Shown: positions 35,216 to 46,391, numbered from the stretch's first letter. The stretch: 46,391 nucleotides of DNA from Takakia lepidozioides (GCA_030704615.1 JAKLZA010000308.1:1-46391), one strand, 5' to 3'. Numbers and translations are program-made. Notes: generated by a model not told the origin, from the letters alone.

Positions 35216-35965
35216 ATATCCATATGGCACCGATCCGACTTACCTGCTGGATGGAAATTCGGCGCCGAATTTCCATTCATCCATGATTCGAATTACCTGC
35301 AGGATGGAAATTCGGCGCCGAATATCCATATGGCACCGATCCGACTTACCTGCTGGATGGAAATTCGGCGCCGAATTTCCATTCATCCACGATTCGAATT
35401 ACCTGCAGGATGGAAATTCGGCGCCGAATATCCATATGGCACCGATCCGACTTACCTGCTGGATGGAAATTCGGCGCCGAATTTCCATTCATCCATGATT
35501 CGAATTACCTGCAGGATGGAAATTCGGCGCCGAATATCCATATGGCACCGATCCGACTTACCTGCTGGATGGAAATTCGGCGCCGAATTTCCATTCATCC
35601 ACGATTCGAATTACCTGCAGGATGGAAATTCGGCGCCGAATATCCATATGGCACCGATCCGACTTACCTGCTGGATGGAAATTCGGCGCCGAATTTCCAT
35701 TCATCCACGATTCGAATTACCTGCAGGATGGAAATTCGGCGCCGAATATCCATATGGCACCGATCCGACTTACCTGCTGGATGGAAATTCGGCGCCGAAT
35801 TTCCATTCATCCACGATTCGAATTACCTGCAGGATGGAAATTCGGCGCCGAATATCCATATGGCACCGATCCGACTTACCTGCTGGATGGAAATTCGGCG
35901 CCGAATCTCCATCCATCCGAGATTCCACTTACCTGCTGGATGGAAATTCGGCGCCGAATCTCCAT
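35134..35965. repeat. 106-bp tandem array (2 x 53 bp), ~8 units, palindromic core GGAAATTCGGCGCCGAATTTCC
   Basis: TTACCTGCTGGATGG recurs at 35134, 35240 and onward every 106 bp. Confidence 0.95.
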
Positions 35966-36620
35966 CCGGGGGATGGTCTCTGTCGGAGAGGTGCCGCCTC
36001 TCCGCCGCTCTGTTGGATATTCGGTGCCGAATTTCCGTCCCGGGGGTTGAAATATGACTGCCAGGTTCCGACCTCTCCCCCCTCCCCGACTTCATTGGAA
36101 CGGCCCCGAATTGAAATTCGGCGCCGTTTTCTCATCTGTGGAGGTTTTTATGTCGGCCAGTTTTCGCTCTGACACGCCGACAACACTTCCTTTGGGGGGG
36201 CCCGGATGGAAATTCGGCGCCGAATGGCCGTCCAGGGGATGTTCTCTGTCGCACACTGGCCGGCCTCTGTGCCCCAGGCGACTTCATCCGGGCGTCCCCT
36301 GTTCGATATTCGTTGCCGAATTTCCGTCCGGGGGTTGAAATGTGACAGCCAACTGCAGGCCACTCCCCCCTCCCCGACTGCATCCGAATCGCCCCGGATG
36401 GAAATTCGGCGCCGTTTTTCCATCTGGGGATGTTTTTATGCCGTCCAGTTTTCGGCCTGACCCCCCGACACGACTCCCTTTGGGGGGACCGGATGGAAAT
36501 TCGGCGCCGAATCTCCATCCAGAAGATGTTATCTGTCGCACACACTCCGGCCTCTGCGCCCGAGGCGACTTCATCCGGGCTTCCTCTGTTGGATGTTGGG
36601 TGCCGAATTTCCATTCGGGG
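35966..36620. repeat. Diverged ~288-bp repeat (3 x ~96 bp) carrying the same palindromic core
   Basis: Cores at 36023, 36120, 36216, 36312, 36408, 36503 and 36599. Confidence 0.85.
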
Positions 36621-36916
36621 TAGTAATGTGACGGCACGGTGCCGGCTTATCCCCTTCAGCCGTCATCATCCGGACGGCCCCCCACTTTCTGACTGCATAC
36701 CGTTGGCAGTTATTGCGCAAAGACGAGGGGCCGCATTCCGGAGACAAGGTTCATTAACACTCTGACTGTGGATTTTTGAGATAGTTGGCTCCCTGGATTT
36801 GGATCAGGCTTCGTCGCTCGGACAAATCGGCATCGCATTCATTCCCATCGCTGCACCCCCTTCTACCAGGGAGCTTCCCCGCACGCCATCCTGGCAGTCT
36901 TGTGTGCACATCTCCC

Positions 36917-39900
36917 ATGGCGGAAAACCCGAGCGCTACAGTGTACTGCCCTCCTCACGAGCATAGAGCTTCATTTCCGTGCAGAGGGGACACCTGCCGG
37001 GTGATGGAGAAATATCTGTGCGTTCGATACCACCTGAAACCGGGGTCGGTTTTTTTGGAGGAGGAAAGGAAGGACTCAAACGGCCTTGTTGTCGAGAGTA
37101 TTGTTGTGCTCCACGATGATTTCGGCGATGGCAGGGAATGGCGAGTTCCACCATCGGACAGCGTCATATACAGGGCTGTTGGGGACTTCATTTGCCCGCC
37201 AAATGCACCGTCTATCCTGGCGCCTTCCACGAAACAATCCGCGAATCAGAGAGTGGGTACCTCAAAGAGAGAAGTCCGCAACGAAGTAAATCCAGAGCCG
37301 AACCCATCCATGAAGACGACCGAGAACCGGGTTGTTCACAACCTGTCCGACTCAGACGAGGTCATGGAAGTTCCGAGGTCGTCCTGGAGATCAGGCAAGT
37401 CCTCAATGGACGTCAGTGGAGGAGGGAGTCATATTCCCAGCACGAGCACCGCAGTTCGATCTATTCTAGAAATTCTGCGAGGGCTTCACCTGGAGGGACA
37501 CCGGTCGGAGCTGGCCGGGCTGGACTACAGCAAGTTCGCAATTAAATCGGTTACATGCCTTCCCGCCGACGTCGACGGTAATGTCTTCTTTGAGTTCCCT
37601 CCTCGGGCGGACTACTCGAGGGCGTCCGGAATGTTGACAGATATGGATAGAAAACATGACGGTCATCCTTGGTGCGTTACCAAAACCACCAGCATGAAGA
37701 TGCTTGATGGTGTGCGGGTGCGCTACGTTGTTTGTGCGGGCGCGTTGCGGTGTTTCTCCCCAACTTGCTTCCACTTTAAATCCAGAGGTCACAGGAACGA
37801 GACCGATTGGACAGGCACAGCTCACCAACCATTTCGAGCTCAGGAGAAGGTTCCGAACTCCACATTTAAGTGTGCGCATTGCAAAGAACCACCACACTGC
37901 ATGTCTGTTTGTAATGCCAAGCAGTTCTATGTGTTGCACCGTTTCCCTGACCTCACCCGAGCTTGCATACACGTTGGTTCCCATTGTCACAAATTGGCGA
38001 GGGGGAACTCGCGGGAGGCTGCCCACGAAGCAGAGCAGCTCGTTCAGGAGGAGGTTAAGTTGAGACCGGGTGCCAAACCCAAACAGATACAGCTCCAAGC
38101 CGCCCATAAGATGGCATTGGCCAGAATTATGTCGGAAGACGGCTCGGATAGAGTTCCTCTCGACGAGAAGGAAATGGAGGCATTGCTCGAGTCGGTGTCC
38201 CACGTATGTTCACCGAATGTCCGAAACCACATTGTCTCTTGCAAACAGAAAATTGGGCGTGGCTCGGATATGCACTCCATTCTGGAGGTGAAGCGACGAT
38301 GTGGATATGACTACATTCATGGAAGTAGGTTTCCAGGACAAGGGACTGAGGCAGATCGTTGTTTCGTATTCAAAATGTCCACGTGTGGACCTGGCAGTGG
38401 CGTCGAACTGGTCGACAGGATGACGAGTGGGAACTTGTCAAACAGTTGGGTCATGTTCGACCATATCAAGCGAATTACAAATCACCAGTGGGTGACAATG
38501 GGTGCACATGTCTACGACACCCACTGCAGGATGCTAATGACAATTGCTATTTGTGAGATGAAAGGAGAGGACACACAATCGGAGATGCTTCTTTGGCAGG
38601 GAATAAACGAACAGATGGCCAAGGCGGGATTGCCCCCTCCCAATTTCCGTGGTTTCATGGCGGACAACGCACAAGCAAATTGGGCTGCCATCCGAAGGGT
38701 GTACGGGCAAGACCCCAATGTTCCCATGGAAGGCAAGGAGAGATCTTGTGGGTTCCACTTTCTGCAGAGCCTTTCGCAGTACACAACCAGGCTCGTGGCG
38801 CCAGATTTCAGAGAGGAGCACCGTTCCATGTGCCTTGCGTGGAAGCGCGCTCCCACCTTGGATGATGCAGAGACACAGTTTGCATGCATACGGGCTTGGT
38901 GGACATCGTCAGGTGCTGTAAGGAAATCAGACGAAGGAGCAATGGTCAGTTGGCTAGCATGGTGGCATTATCGTTTCCTCCAGTTCGGCGACTATATGCG
39001 GGAGGTGAGTTGCACGAATTCGCGTCCCGTTGGATATTATTCTTGGCCATATTTGTAACTTGCTTGTAACCTCAACATGTGCTTGTGCAGGAAATGTGTC
39101 TCGACTCCGACACCGACATGCCCACGACAAACATGGCCGAATCAGTGCACTCTTCCTGGCGTGCCTCCTCTGCGGCGCATCTGGTGGACATCCTCACTGC
39201 CACAACGGAGGACATTGTGAGGTCAATTATGCAGCAATGCAGGTACAACGAGTTCTTGAAAGGGAAACAGTGGGGCTTGGGGCCGGACAGGCAGGAAATG
39301 CTGATGCGGACTGCCTCCAGATCGAAGAATCCTCGGAAGTGGGCGGCGGCCTTGCGAGAGGGCCTTCGGGACACGCCATTGCTGCGAAGAGGCCAACATT
39401 TGGAAGGAGATGTTCATACCCGTCCAGTGAGACGAAGACTTGACGAGGCACCTGGCGGAGAAGAGGATTCATGGCGAGCTGACAAGAATATTCGCACGCT
39501 CCCTCGTGGTCCGGTGATGTTGTCCGAGGAGGTCTCGTCGAGCACCGGAAGTCCTGCACGTTCAAGATCGCCATCTCCTTTGAGCACAGGGCGCGTGCCC
39601 CGGCAACATAACGAGCCATCTGTAGTAAAGCAATACAACATTCCCATTGTGGAGACAAGAGTGTCGGAGTCACAGTGGAGAATTGCGAGGACATTGCCGG
39701 CATTTCGAGGGAAGTGTTGCGCCATCCGGGTGGATACGAGAGCACGCTGTGGTGAGATGATTCGGAGGAACCCACACGGTGCTGTACCTGCACCTTGTTT
39801 CAGCGGCAGATTTTTGACTCCCACATTTGCTCACGCCACAACGCAGACATTTTGGTTCTGTAGGCACGACATAATGACCTGTGTATTTGGCAAGCCCAAG

Positions 39901-40509
39901 TACGGGATTCAGGGAATGCCGGAGCCTCCGGGCGTCTGGCCTGTTGCACCGGGTTGCAGCCTCTCTCAGAATGAGGCGGATGCTCTATCTGCAGCAGGAT
40001 TTCGAATGGTGCAACGCACAGACATCCCGGCCCACGCATTTCCGGTTCCTCAGACCCAGCCATTGCATACTGCTCGGTCCAGTAGAGACGGATTGGACAA
40101 TTCTGCACATCCCACAATGCGATTCGGAAGAGTGAAGAGACGACACCCTCCCAACAAGTTGAATGAGACTCGGATTGCCAATGCTCTTGGGATGGCTTGC
40201 ACTATTCAGAGCTCCGTGGACGTACCCCCACCCGGCCTTGGGCGTGTGTATCGGATGGCAACGGCCGGCTCGGCTGTACGCGACGATGTATACACAATTA
40301 CGATTGGAGTGGAGCCGACTTGCAACTGTACGGACTTCTCGTTGATGGAAGCAAAGAAGGGTTCGAAGTATTATCCGTGCAAGCATCTGTATTACATTTA
40401 CCTGAAGAGGTTGAGGATGAACGTGACTATTGATGACTTTATTCATGCACCGGCGTTGAGCGTGAACGAGCTGCACAAACTCCTTCTTAGGGATTCCAGA
40501 AATCATTGA
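36917..40509 (+). CDS. Mutator-family DDE transposase (~1,168 aa, 2 exons: 36917-39004 and 39091-40509) with N-terminal GCM-like zinc domain and C-terminal SWIM finger
   Basis: Catalytic motifs WVMFDH, FMADNAQANWAAIRRVYG, CGFH (CxxH), TTNMAESVHSSW. SWIM motif CNCTDF...YYPCKH. 86-bp phase-0 intron GTGAGT...GTGCAG. No stops or frameshifts. Confidence 0.9.
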
Positions 40510-40659
40510 TGGGGCAAACGGAATCCTCCATATGGATATTTTCAAATGCATTTTGCTGTATCAGACTTTTTTTTTGCAGTGTAATGAAATGCACCCCAAA
40601 ACTCCTGGAATGAGGCAATATTCCATTCAAACTGAGATCCAACAGAAGCAGTTCTGGGG

Positions 40660-41030
40660 CCATTTCTGGAAAAATGGCGCCGAATTTCTCTTTTTGGGGC
40701 CGAAAACTCGCTAAGTCCCAACATGCACTGGTACCTGTGTTTGGGAAAATGGCGCCGAATTTCTCTTTTTGGGGCCGAAAACTGGCTAAGTCCCAACATG
40801 CACTGGTACCGTGTCTGGAAAAATGGCGCCGAATTTCTCTTTTTTGGGCCGAAAACTGGCTAAGTCCAAACATGCACTGGAAAAATGGCGCCGAATTACC
40901 TGTCATGAGGGGACCTATAGCCGCGGAATTCGGCACCATTTTTCGCCAGAGAGACCTATTGCCGCGAAATACGTCGCCGTTTTTTCAGGTTACGGACCCT
41001 ATTACCGCGAAATTCGGCGCCATATTTGCA
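40660..41030. repeat. Downstream 74-75 bp repeats with GGCGCCGAATTT cores
   Basis: Cores at 40676, 40751, 40825 and 40887, with degenerate or inverted copies to ~41020. Shares GGCTAAGTCCC with the intronic array. Confidence 0.85.
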
Positions 41031-41214
41031 CATGTCGCTAGGAATTGGCATGAGCGGAAGACAAAATATCATGAGCACAACTGTCAAAAGTGCAATTTTC
41101 CCTTCAAGGGGCCGAATAATATATTTGTTTTTTCTGACACATTGCATTAAATTATTGTTTTTTATTGTTTTTTATTTTCGAAATTTGTACTTCTGCTCAT
41201 GAAAAACGATTGTG

Positions 41215-41269
41215 TTACTACTCTGCTCATGCCGCTCATGCCGCTCATGCTCATGAAATAGCAAACCTC
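41215..41269 (-). repeat. Right TIR with CTCATG(CCG) repeats
   Basis: Reverse complement matches the left end. Confidence 0.9.
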
Positions 41270-44200
41270 CGCACTCCGCCACCATCCCTCAGTTCCAGCA
41301 AACCTTAAGCACGATTGTCGTGCAGAAAATTAGGGCAGGGAGGAGATGAAGCTATTTCCCCGCGATTTCATCCGCACGGGATGAGCTCCATCAACAAACG
41401 GTTGATAAAATCCCGATTTTTCATCCCTGTGTCATCCGCCAGGGATGACATCTAGATAGGGATGAAAATCATTTGGCATTCATTAGGATAGAAACCTCAT
41501 GACCTTATAAACCAAAGATCCAAGTAGGGTAATTAACCGAAATTAACCAGATTCGGACGTCATCCGTAAAGTAAGAAATCAGCCGGTATGGCTGAGTTCT
41601 GTTAAAGGTAAATCCACCATCTGATGACTTCATCATCAACAGATCATCCAGTATGGACGAAATATCAAGGAAGTTAATTAGGGATTAATTAACATATCTC
41701 TGGGTTTAAACCATCGGGTTTAAAAGAACCAGCCAGATCCATGGAGGGAGGGAGAGAGAGGGAGAGAGAGGGAACCCACCAACCATCCCCCGGTATGGCA
41801 GCTCCTCATGGAGTGAGTGTGGTATGCACTCGCCCCGTAAGGGAGTGCATACCAGACCCCATCACATAAAGGACCTCCCTCTTCTTTGTAGCTTTTATTT
41901 CTGGTTACAAAGGAACCATAGAAATAAATAAATAAAGCCTACAATCTCAATTCTCCAAGGTCAAAAAACAAAACAAGCTGTGACAAGCGAAGGTACATCA
42001 ACACTTACATCATAATATAGAGTTTTAACTTTTACCTTTTAGCTCGCACATGAGCTCTGGTAATGGAAAGAAGAGGCCGATGAAAGAATCCTCAACTCCC
42101 AAATTCAGGAAGCAACAAACAGGAAATAAACATTTATCAGGCAATTAGTGTTTATCAGCCCCTTTATTGTTTATCAGCCAAGAATCTGGTTATAGAACCA
42201 GTTTTCCCAAGAGGTACGAATATTTGTTCTTCAGTCATTGGCAGTAATGTACTGCCTATGATTCAAACAAAACATCTTCCAGCAATAAAATAGAATTGGG
42301 TATTTTTTATGGTGCTATAAAGAGCAAAGCCATAACCAAGAGCGACATAGAAGCATTTGAGCCAAGGACATGGAAGTCATTCTTATCATAAGGTATCTAA
42401 CTCTGACATAAGGCATTGGCTACAGGAGACCAGCAAACGAGAGCAATGTGCATTGACCGGATCATGTATAAGGTGTACACACATACTCCAACACGTTGTC
42501 TTACCAGGGCCTAGCTCAAAGTGCCAGCGTTCAGACGTCCTTTAGATGCTCAATGTTTATCTTAGGTATCATCAAGGATGCCTTATTTTCCATGCCCAAT
42601 CATCCAATATATTTTTGTTGGAGAAGATGATACCTGGGAAGGAGTTTCTTGCTCCCCACCATGTTCATGGCGGAAGAGGTGGCTGATATCCCATGGCTTT
42701 GACCATCTGCCAAAAACCAACAGGTGTTAGTTCATCAAGTGTCACTCCACTCAAGAATGTGCTAGATCACCATCTCTTATGGCCATAAAAAGGTGTTAGT
42801 ATGCCATATACAGATCTGGAAAAAGAAGGGAGAGTGATTGATAATGTGTACAGACACCACTAAGTACACTGGTCTAAAGAAGAGAGGGAAGATACTATGT
42901 CTTGTCGGGACATGGACAAGACCAAACAAGGTCTTTGTCAAATTAACGACAAATCAGCCTCATAACAAGGCATTATCAATCATCCTTCATTCAAAAACCA
43001 GTCTTAAAAAGGCATACATCTGATTTCAAAGTAAATGAAATGAATGGGTGGGGGGGTGGGATTACATAAAGAACCCCCCCTATATAAATCAGCTTTATAT
43101 TCAGCAAAACAGGGACCCAAACAAGTGTTACATGTTTGGGTATGTTTCATATGGAATATTTACAACTGTGCATAGCAAGAATAAGTGTTCAGCTTGCCAA
43201 AATTGCCACCCTCGATTACATTGAAAGCCTGGAAAGAAGTTCCAGCTTTGTTTTGTTTAACACCTTCACCATATCAGAGCTGCAGACATTTTCTAAGCAA
43301 ATTACACACTAGGGTATAACCGGATACCTTGTTTTTTGTCCCACGACCTGGTTTAGGTCTGGGGCTAGTGTATAAATGCGTTAACAAGGTGTTGAATAGC
43401 AAGCAAGTATTCAGATTGCTACAATTACCACCAATGTCTACATTGCACGCTGGAAAACGAATTCCAGTCTGTTTTGGTAACACAAACACCATATTAAAAT
43501 TGCAGATATTTTTCTAATCAGTTTACCATCATAGAGTAGTATCACGGGGTCTGAATTGTTCATTCCAACAGGCTAGTAAGCTGCCACGGCATATTTATCC
43601 TAAGGCAACATGAACACAGGGCCTGAATCAACTTCTTAACAGCCAGCAAGTGCTTACCACCGTGGACATTGTCCATTAAAAAAGCCAAGCATCCAGGGGC
43701 TTGTAACCAAAGACATTATCTGGTCGAAGAAGAGCCACCCTACAATTTTGCATGGCACCAAATGTCCTAAAAACAGCCTGCTCGTAACAAAATCCAGGCT
43801 TTCCGAGGTTTACAATAAAGGACACTGTTTGGTCAAAAAACAGAGCTCCCCCACTTTGCTGCTTGGTACTAGATATCTTAAAACAGCCAGCTCGTCATAT
43901 AATTGCTCCGGTGTCACAACAGAAGGCCACAGGGAACAAGAGAGAAATATCCTAATGAATCGTTGTCCACCATAGAAGGTTAAGAACAAAGGCCAGAAAG
44001 ATCAATGCAAAGAGGCAGAAAGAGGTCTTCTCCCCCAAAGATACAGAAGTTGCGGCGTCGCATCAGTAGCTCGATTTCATTCAACTTCAAGCTCAAAGAA
44101 TCATATTAAGTGAGGACCCTCACCTGGTCCCATCACAAGCCCCCACAAAAACCGACAGGTTAGTAAGGATTGTGGAACCCCAGGTGAATCACAGGTCTCA

Positions 44201-44460
44201 CGCTTGTTATCGCTGTACAACATGCATTCCAAAGCAGGAGTAGAAAGAAATCAGAGCATAAACAAGCCATCACCTCGATGGTTTGCGGAAGAGAGCCTGC
44301 AAAATGGCTCCAAGACCAACAAACAACAAACACAAAAAGAGTGGATTGCCCAGGCATTTTAACAGGTTCATTCACTTCCCTGAGGTCTTAAGATGCGCCG
44401 CTGTATCTTAATGATCAATGAAGGGCACAACAAACGATCACAAGCTGAGTAGATCGCCCG
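41270..44460 (-). repeat. Macrosatellite monomer, inverted orientation (~1 copy)
   Basis: Resumes at the TSD; reverse complement of ~3808-7000. Confidence 0.95.
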
Positions 44461-45720
44461 AAGTGGACCCGCAAGAGCGCCGTCCCGATTCTGAAAAAGA
44501 AGTGGACGTGCATCAACACACTGGGCCTTCGGTCGGAAGGGAAGAAGGTGATTACGACACTGGCACTCGTCCATTCATTTGCTTGGGTGTTTCAAATGCT
44601 GGTGCCGCATTCGGTTTCTAATCGTTTTCCCTGTGTATGCAGACGAAGCAATTCGATGCATACTGCTTTTGTGAAGGGAGAACTCCACCTTTGCTTTCCG
44701 GAAGGAGGGAGGAAGGTTGACCCAAACTGCGACCCACTCGATTACGACGTTCTGTTCAACAACGTTCCCAAGGAACTTCTCCCTCATAGCCTCACTTCAA
44801 CGGAACCCCTGCGGTACTCACGGACTCGGAGCCCTGCCTTCATTCAGACAATTATGGAGACATGCACAGACGTGGAGGGCACAGTGCTCGACCTCATCTG
44901 TGGGACAGGTATGCAGAATCTTTGATCTCTGCTGTTCTGCAAATTCTCGTTAGGATGTAGTTCGCAACATGTGAAGCGCCATGTGGTAATGTGTGGAGAT
45001 GGCATTTGTAACAGGTGCCTCAATGTGGGCTGGGCGGTTTTCCGACGGCACCTCTTTGCCTACGAGGAGGATTCATCCGTGTGGGGATCCCATCTGGAGG
45101 GGTGCAACGGAATGTGAAGGCTCCCGACAGAGCGGAGTCTCCTCGGATTCGTCGGAGTCCGAGGAAGAACACAGTGGACATTGATGCGGAGGAGAACCCG
45201 GAATACGAGTGAGTGCAAACATTGTAAGTTTGCAAAGCCTTCTGGGTCATTTATGTCAAACGAATTTCCCGACTGTGGTTCTCATTAGTCTCGTTGATGA
45301 TTGTCATGTGCAGGATTGCAGGGTCCGGGTCGAAACATGTAGGCCTACACTTCCTGCCAGGAAGAATGTCCCGTTCTTTGCGAGGGCCGATTTCATGACG
45401 AGCCCGGTGAGGGACTACTCCCTTCCTAGTTATGCAGCTAAACTCGCAAATACAGCGATTAGAAGAAGTGAGAATCCCAGTAAAGTAGAGCAGATTTTGG
45501 AGAGGGCTAGGGAGGACAGAAGGATAAGGAAAGAGTTGGCAACAGCTCAGACAGGTAGACGGGTACGAAAGTACATATGTGATTCAGCGGATGAGAGCGA
45601 CGCAGACAGGGAGGAAGACGACCCCAACGGAGGTGAGATGGACAGTTCCGCAAGGGGAAGATGGGATTTTCGAAAGCCTGGCCAACGAGTAGTCCGCTGG
45701 AGATGAGAGAGGCACTGAGG
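44461..45720 (+). pseudogene. 5'-truncated, frameshifted paralog of the methyltransferase-like cargo gene (last four exons)
   Basis: Segments KWTRKSAVPILKKKWTCINTLGLRSEGKK, LRYSRTRSPAFIQTIMETCTDVEGTVLDLICGTG, GASMWAG and RKNVPFFARADF..PVRDYSLPSYAAKLA align with 28120-26900. Intron positions are the same. Several 1-nt indels. Confidence 0.88.
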
Positions 45721-45914
45721 GGGTGGAGGAGGAGCAGGACAGTCTAGAACAGGATGAGATTCGGATGATTTCAAGATTAATAGAATTTTAATGAAGTCTC
45801 TGTAAATGTAAATTCTCTTCCAGATATATAAAGGAAATTTATGCCCGACATTCGTGACACCCTCTCCAGTGTGCATTCCAGCCACACAATCGCCCAAACC
45901 ACGACGCTCCAAAA

Positions 45915-46391
45915 TCAGAAATGGGGCACGCGCATTTCCAAAACAGGGGAGGGACTAAATTTTCCATTTCAATGTTGGCATAGTAAAAAGTAATCTGAAT
46001 TGGAAATGCGGTGCCACATTTCCAAAATTTCCTTTGTCCACACGCCAGTTTTGGCCTCTCCCACTCATTGCATGGATGCCACAACGCTTTACAGAGGTCG
46101 AACAAACGGGTCGAAACAAGGAGGTCGACATGGCGGGATTGAAAATGCGGTGCCGCATTTCACAGTATTGGGGATGGTCGTTGTTCGAACTGCAGGCCCA
46201 TCAGCAAAAATTTGCACCGCATTCCATTGTTAAAAAAAGTCGATGACGGACATGAAATGCGGCGCCGCATTTCCAGAACGGACATCGCAATTTGTCCATC
46301 TGCAGACCCTCTCTCGGAAATGCGGTAACGCATTCCATCGCGCTGGTCGGAAATGTCACACTTTCGAAGTGTTGTACGGAAATGCGGCACC
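45915..46391. repeat. Dispersed palindromes GAAATGCGG(C/T)GCCGCATTTC of the second element
   Basis: Cores at 46010, 46149, 46261, 46324 and 46386; runs off the window. Confidence 0.8.

Larger units (their letters stand above)
26575..41269. mobile_element. Mutator-like (MULE) DNA transposon, ~14.7 kb, two divergent genes
   Basis: TIRs GGGGGCTGCTATTTCATGAGC... and GAGGTTTGCTATTTCATGAGC... TSD CGCACTCC(G) at 26567-26574/5 and 41270-41277/8 (8 or 9 bp). The empty site GCGCACTCCGCCACC is seen in other monomers. DDE transposase inside. Confidence 0.93.

Noticed and set aside
33655-35965. CRISPR-like look of palindromic repeats with regular spacing
   Set aside because: Spacers are themselves repeated, there are no cas genes, and the context is eukaryotic with spliceosomal introns. 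These are tandem minisatellites.
33587-36637. Long ORFs (411, 389, 215 aa and others) such as MEIRRRISI repeats
   Set aside because: Translations of GC-rich tandem palindromes, open in several frames on both strands.
36917-40509. Assignment to Zisupton/KDZ because of SWIM and a possible 8-bp TSD
   Set aside because: The core D...D(FMAD)...CxxH...TTNxxES pattern is the Mutator/IS256 signature.
36936-40551. Antisense and alternative-frame ORFs over the transposase (e.g. 245 and 188 aa) and over the cargo gene
   Set aside because: Shadow ORFs expected in GC-rich coding DNA; no motifs.

Overview
Eukaryotic, repeat-dominated window. Spliceosomal introns and plant-type TEs suggest a plant or streptophyte, but the species cannot be told from sequence. 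No ordinary host gene or RNA gene is visible. The backbone is a ~3.31-kb tandem macrosatellite: + orientation over 731-24855, then a fold-back junction and - orientation over 24856-44460. Four TE pieces interrupt it. (1) The terminal part of an LTR (1-730). (2) A young full-length 13.2-kb Ty3/gypsy non-chromovirus element (9991-23197, - strand, CATAC TSD) with a broken gag-PR, an intact RT-RH-INT fused to a ~1000-aa extension, and extra ORFs. (3) An apparently intact 14.7-kb Mutator-like DNA transposon (~26575-41269, TIRs, 8-9 bp TSD). (4) A truncated, diverged relative of that transposon (44461-end). The main candidate novelty is the MULE. Besides a GCM-like/DDE/SWIM transposase, it carries a divergently transcribed 10-exon gene (~1,490 aa) fusing a ParB/Sulfiredoxin-like domain to a prokaryote-type beta-class N6A/N4C DNA methyltransferase-like domain. 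Its non-coding DNA holds about 60 copies of a palindrome (AAATTCGGCGCCGAATTT) spaced at near-integral helical turns. The relative element has a compensatory-changed palindrome (AAATGCGGCGCCGCATTT). This suggests a transposon-encoded, sequence-specific ParB/parS-like self-marking or anti-silencing system. That function is inference, and all domain calls are by eye from motifs.
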